A stretch of DNA of 40,584 bases from IMG/VR virus record IMGVR_UViG_3300021256_000060. One strand, 5' to 3'. The stretch comes from an uncultured virus (IMG/VR IMGVR_UViG_3300021256_000060) (lineage: Duplodnaviria > Heunggongvirae > Uroviricota > Caudoviricetes). The position numbers and the translations under genes are program-made. Positions 36,866-40,584 of this stretch are shown here, piece after piece; position 1 is the stretch's first letter; the number at the start of each line of letters is the position of its first letter. The notes below the pieces were generated by a model. That model had not been told where the DNA came from. It was given only the letters and a program-made list of their open reading frames with translations, and ran no database searches.

Positions 36866-37723
36866 CTATCCCTCCCTCTTTTTATCATATTCGTACCTTC
36901 TAACTCTATCTACTCTGTATGATTTGGGAGTAGTATAATCAGAATGACGTGTTATATCTAAATCCAAAGACATTTTGTCTTGGCGAGATACTGTATTAAC
37001 TTTTCTATGTTTTATTATCTCTAAATCATCCGTTTCTGGATATAGAGAATGGAATGGTTTGTTACTAAAAGACGTAGGATTTTCTATAGAATTAGTAATA
37101 GCTAGCTCATCAATTTGGATAGTTGTATATGAATTATCACAATTACCAACACATAGATTAGATAATATAGGAACTCCATCTGTATATGGTTTACTAGATA
37201 TACGTTCTCCATTTAGTGATAATAATACACTTCCATTAGAAATGTTTATAACTATTTGACAAGCATTGCCATAACCTATAGAATCATACCTAATTAATCC
37301 TCTAAATAATCTATTACCAATAGTAAGACCAATGCATATAGTATCTGTATTTTCATAATGATCTAACACATTTAAGGATCCATTATCCCATTTTAGAATT
37401 ACTATTGGATCTAAACTTCTCATAGCTTGATATAATTGATCACTATCAATCATATATCTAATAGCTATAGTCATAGTATCAGTATTAGACTTAATAGGTT
37501 TATTGTATTTAATATAGGAGTATGGGGCAGAGGCTGTGAGACAACTATGCTCATCATCTAGTTCTCCTAGAAAGGTTGATTGAGAAAAATCTAGCCCATT
37601 GCCCCAATTAGATACTAAATGGTTATTTTCATATAAACCAAAATCTATACCCCTATTTTCTGAATCAATTGCTGGAGAAGAAGAATTTCTAAATAAAAGA
37701 TTACTTAAATATTCTCTAACCAT
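36866..37723 (-). CDS. LamG/concanavalin-A-like domain virion protein
   Basis: MTIAIRYMID, IVINISNGSVLLSLNGE and NLCVGN...IQIDELAITN fit the LamG pattern. Start moved to the ATG at 37723 (alternative 37732) to avoid a long overlap. Confidence 0.65.
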   Translation of the reverse strand: MVREYLSNLLFRNSSSPAIDSENRGIDFGLYENNHLVSNWGNGLDFSQSTFLGELDDEHSCLTASAPYSYIKYNKPIKSNTDTMTIAIRYMIDSDQLYQAMRSLDPIVILKWDNGSLNVLDHYENTDTICIGLTIGNRLFRGLIRYDSIGYGNACQIVINISNGSVLLSLNGERISSKPYTDGVPILSNLCVGNCDNSYTTIQIDELAITNSIENPTSFSNKPFHSLYPETDDLEIIKHRKVNTVSRQDKMSLDLDITRHSDYTTPKSYRVDRVRRYEYDKKREG

Positions 37724-38135
37724 TGCTCTCATTCCTTCCGAGAACAAATGATTGCTGTTCCAAAGGTTGACATAAGTAGATACCATCCTCTTCACTAGCA
37801 TCTTTATCTTGTAGATAATAGATAGTAACGTTCTTATACTCATATATAGTAAGAGTCATATTATAGTCTTCAGGAACTGTAGATCCATTATCCAATTCCT
37901 TTATAAGTTCATGACTATAATGAGGCTCTTCTCTACCTAATACTTTACATCTAAGATCTCTTTTGTTAGAGGTTCCTATTACTAATAATTTTTTAGGGCA
38001 TTCCTCTAAACGTTCCTTAATGAGTTCATTAGTTGTAAATGCAAGATTATGAAGATATACATCTATTTTATCTACTAGCATTGTAGGAAATGTCATAGAT
38101 CCATCATTCCCAATTTCAGGTAGGTTCCCAGTCAT
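37716..38135 (-). CDS. Hypothetical protein in the virion gene cluster
   Basis: 139 aa, overlaps both neighbours, RBS AAAGGGG. Confidence 0.7.
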   Translation of the reverse strand: MTGNLPEIGNDGSMTFPTMLVDKIDVYLHNLAFTTNELIKERLEECPKKLLVIGTSNKRDLRCKVLGREEPHYSHELIKELDNGSTVPEDYNMTLTIYEYKNVTIYYLQDKDASEEDGIYLCQPLEQQSFVLGRNESNG

Positions 38136-39558
38136 CGATAATATCCCCTTTCTGTGCTAGTATTTCCTCTCTATTCTCTGGTATCATCCATACATGTTTG
38201 CTCCAAGTAATTGTACCTCCATTATTTCGTTCAGTTGATACTGTCCATTTAAATAAACATACATCATGGCCTTTTTCAAACTTATTAGCAGAAAAAGTAT
38301 AATAAAGAGGACTATTATCTTTGAACTGTCTTGGATTAGATTGTAAGCGGCCGATAAGTCCATCTACACTATCCTTAGATAGACCGTATCTATCACATTG
38401 TAGAATAGTGCGTACTTGAGTAGATGCTATTATTACATCTCTTTTAGTTTCATCTATTTGACCGCCCATAAGTCCTATTAGTACTGGAGTACGAGATACT
38501 GGATCTAAATCATTATCACCAATATGGCGTATTTGAGTAACTATATAGATATCGCTAGGATCATCTACATAATCATCACCATATAATTTGAGCCTATATC
38601 TTAGCCTAGTCTCATCTGGGTTATTATGATTGATTCTAGTATGGATTAGATTGATCCATAGATCTGGATTGGACAACAAATCAGGATCGAAGTAAACTGG
38701 GTTAAATCCAAATTCTACCGTCTTTCTACCTTTGGGAATAGGATATGGAATATCTATTCTACATGGTAATTCATAAGCTGACGACTGTACTGGGACATCT
38801 GGAATTGGTTCTAATTTCTTATAATAAGGAGCTAGAGAGTTTACCCTAGGAGATAATGATAATACATTCAGATCATAATTAGATCCTATATCTTTAGATA
38901 TCTTATAGATACTATTAGATACTCGTATAATATCATCTCTATCTACTAGTTTACCATTTACAAAGACAGCCATTCTATCTTTGCTATAGTTTCTATCTAT
39001 CTCCTTATTATTGAGATAAATATATCCAGACTCTGGAAGCTCTTGGATAGACTTGGAAGATGGAGAAGATTGGTAGATGACCAATACATCTACCTTATCT
39101 CCAATATTCCCTCTAAATTTCTTAGAGAGAACAATCAATTTACCAGTTGAATCCTCGAACTTATAAAATAGCCCAGGAGATTGACGTTTCCTATTAAAGA
39201 AAACATACATTCTTCTATTCAAATCTATTAGCTTAGAGAAGGGGGTACCAGGAAGTTGAAAAGTCCTGGTACCTTCTTCTGTGACGGTAAAGTGATATTC
39301 TTCTTTTCCAACCCATCTTTTATTCTTTTGATGAATAAATGTGAATTGTAATTCACTTTTTTCATTTATCCCTAGAGAGTTATCTATAATCTCTATTCTA
39401 GATTCATCTATTCTTCGATACACATTATCAGGAATGAATAGATTATCACCTAACCTAGTTTCACTTAGAAAGAATTGTGTATCATGGAATTGAGAATATG
39501 GGAATGGTATATCTACTACAAAATTCCCGGGTGAGGGTCTAATAGTAGGGTATTTCAT
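38116..39558 (-). CDS. Virion structural protein (baseplate-like repeated beta domains)
   Basis: 480 aa; repeats MYVFFNRKRQ and MAVFVNGKLV typical of jumbo-phage structural proteins; RBS GGAGGTGAGGAG. Confidence 0.7.
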   Translation of the reverse strand: MKYPTIRPSPGNFVVDIPFPYSQFHDTQFFLSETRLGDNLFIPDNVYRRIDESRIEIIDNSLGINEKSELQFTFIHQKNKRWVGKEEYHFTVTEEGTRTFQLPGTPFSKLIDLNRRMYVFFNRKRQSPGLFYKFEDSTGKLIVLSKKFRGNIGDKVDVLVIYQSSPSSKSIQELPESGYIYLNNKEIDRNYSKDRMAVFVNGKLVDRDDIIRVSNSIYKISKDIGSNYDLNVLSLSPRVNSLAPYYKKLEPIPDVPVQSSAYELPCRIDIPYPIPKGRKTVEFGFNPVYFDPDLLSNPDLWINLIHTRINHNNPDETRLRYRLKLYGDDYVDDPSDIYIVTQIRHIGDNDLDPVSRTPVLIGLMGGQIDETKRDVIIASTQVRTILQCDRYGLSKDSVDGLIGRLQSNPRQFKDNSPLYYTFSANKFEKGHDVCLFKWTVSTERNNGGTITWSKHVWMIPENREEILAQKGDIIDDWEPT

Positions 39559-40584
39559 GTTCTCCTCACCTCCTCAGATGATAAAGAATTCTTTTCAAGC
39601 TGGATAATAGAATATTTGGTATTAGCTACGAGTCTATTATAACCCAATAAGGTTACTTTGCGTAATATAGGATCCCAACTAAACTCATCTCTTCTAAGCA
39701 ATACTCCCTCATAGAATAATAATATCTTATCAGGATCTGACTCTAGATACCTATCAGGAATGATTGTATTGTTAGAAGCCGATACTGGGAATGATGATTG
39801 AATTAATTGATACTTATATCCGTATTTAGAGATAGTAGACTCAAAGTATACTAATATTAGCTCATCTCCTACAGCTAGAGAATCAGTATTAGCATTCAAT
39901 TTGATTTGATTAAAAGCTACTGAATAGCCGTAGAATAGAGTAATGAGATTAGTATCCTTACTCTTACGGAATACCAACAAAGAGCTATTATCCATATGAT
40001 CTATTACGGGGATGTCAAAGACTCTAATATTAGACTTATCTACGGGGAGCGAGCTGAATTTAAATATCGGAGCTACGTAATCATAGTAGTCTACGTCTGT
40101 TGGTAAGAACTCATCATATCTGTTGTTAGGAGCAGACTCTCTATCCTCTTTTGAGTTAAAGTGGATATAGTTATCAGTATAAATAGTATATCTAGATTGC
40201 TCTACTAGATATCCATTCTCAAACAGTAAGACGTTATTATTATTGAGAGTATAGTCATTGAATGTAGGATTGAACTTAACTACACCATGAGTAGTGATAC
40301 CATCAGATGCACATCTTAAGAGATCCACTTCTGTAACCTTAGTAGGAATATCTGGATTTACTGGTTTCTTGGAATCTACGTATGGGTGAGTATATCTGTT
40401 CTCAAATATAAACCCATCTACACTGATATCATAAGTATCATCTACCTGATCGGTTATGAACTGTTCATAATCACCGGCATTATTGGTAGTGAGATATACC
40501 AAAGTATATAGACTATTAGGAGATACAGTGTAGTTACCACCCTCATTATAGATATGACCATCTGAGATAGAGTATCTAGAAGGA
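39555..40584 (-). CDS. Virion structural protein, 3' part only (starts beyond the window end)
   Basis: The frame stays open from 40502 to the window edge; repeats VLLFENGYLV and ILLFYEGVLL. Confidence 0.7.
   Translation of the reverse strand, partial: PSRYSISDGHIYNEGGNYTVSPNSLYTLVYLTTNNAGDYEQFITDQVDDTYDISVDGFIFENRYTHPYVDSKKPVNPDIPTKVTEVDLLRCASDGITTHGVVKFNPTFNDYTLNNNNVLLFENGYLVEQSRYTIYTDNYIHFNSKEDRESAPNNRYDEFLPTDVDYYDYVAPIFKFSSLPVDKSNIRVFDIPVIDHMDNSSLLVFRKSKDTNLITLFYGYSVAFNQIKLNANTDSLAVGDELILVYFESTISKYGYKYQLIQSSFPVSASNNTIIPDRYLESDPDKILLFYEGVLLRRDEFSWDPILRKVTLLGYNRLVANTKYSIIQLEKNSLSSEEVRRT

Noticed and set aside
1..40584. Stop-codon reassignment
   Set aside because: Long genes are intact under code 11, and TAA, TGA and TAG all appear as apparent gene ends.
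1..40584. tRNA or rRNA genes
   Set aside because: No cloverleaf or rRNA-like sequence was recognised by eye; tRNAscan-SE would be needed to exclude them.

Overview
AT-rich, densely coded segment of a large tailed phage, most consistent with the AR9/PBS1/phiKZ-related jumbo phages that carry their own multisubunit RNA polymerases. Strong AAGGAGG-type RBSs and the endolysin type suggest a Firmicute host, possibly Negativicutes (inference). The window holds the 5' part of a tape-measure-like gene, a long-form ThyX, small accessory genes with tandem paralogs, an amidase endolysin with a candidate holin, a 1486-aa single-chain RNAP beta-like subunit, an apparently inactivated radical-SAM protein, a 2428-aa repeat-built fibre/adhesin and several virion genes. 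The main hidden feature is a non-coding array of about 23 units of about 36-37 nt at 16421-17262. Each unit has two short conserved motifs (YCAAT and RTGRAYT) alternating with two variable segments, which is the TIGR (tandem interspaced guide RNA) architecture. About 10 kb away is a 756-aa Nop-domain/IS110-C-terminal-like protein (27048-29318) of Tas type, with no recognisable nuclease and large insertions. Together they look like a physically split, RNA-guided TIGR-Tas-like system in a jumbo phage. Two phage promoter classes can be read from the sequence: TATAYTATW-N4-TGA (early-like) and (G/A/C)ACA-N6-TA (late-like). Several structured non-coding segments are also present. All assignments come from motif recognition by eye; no searches were run.
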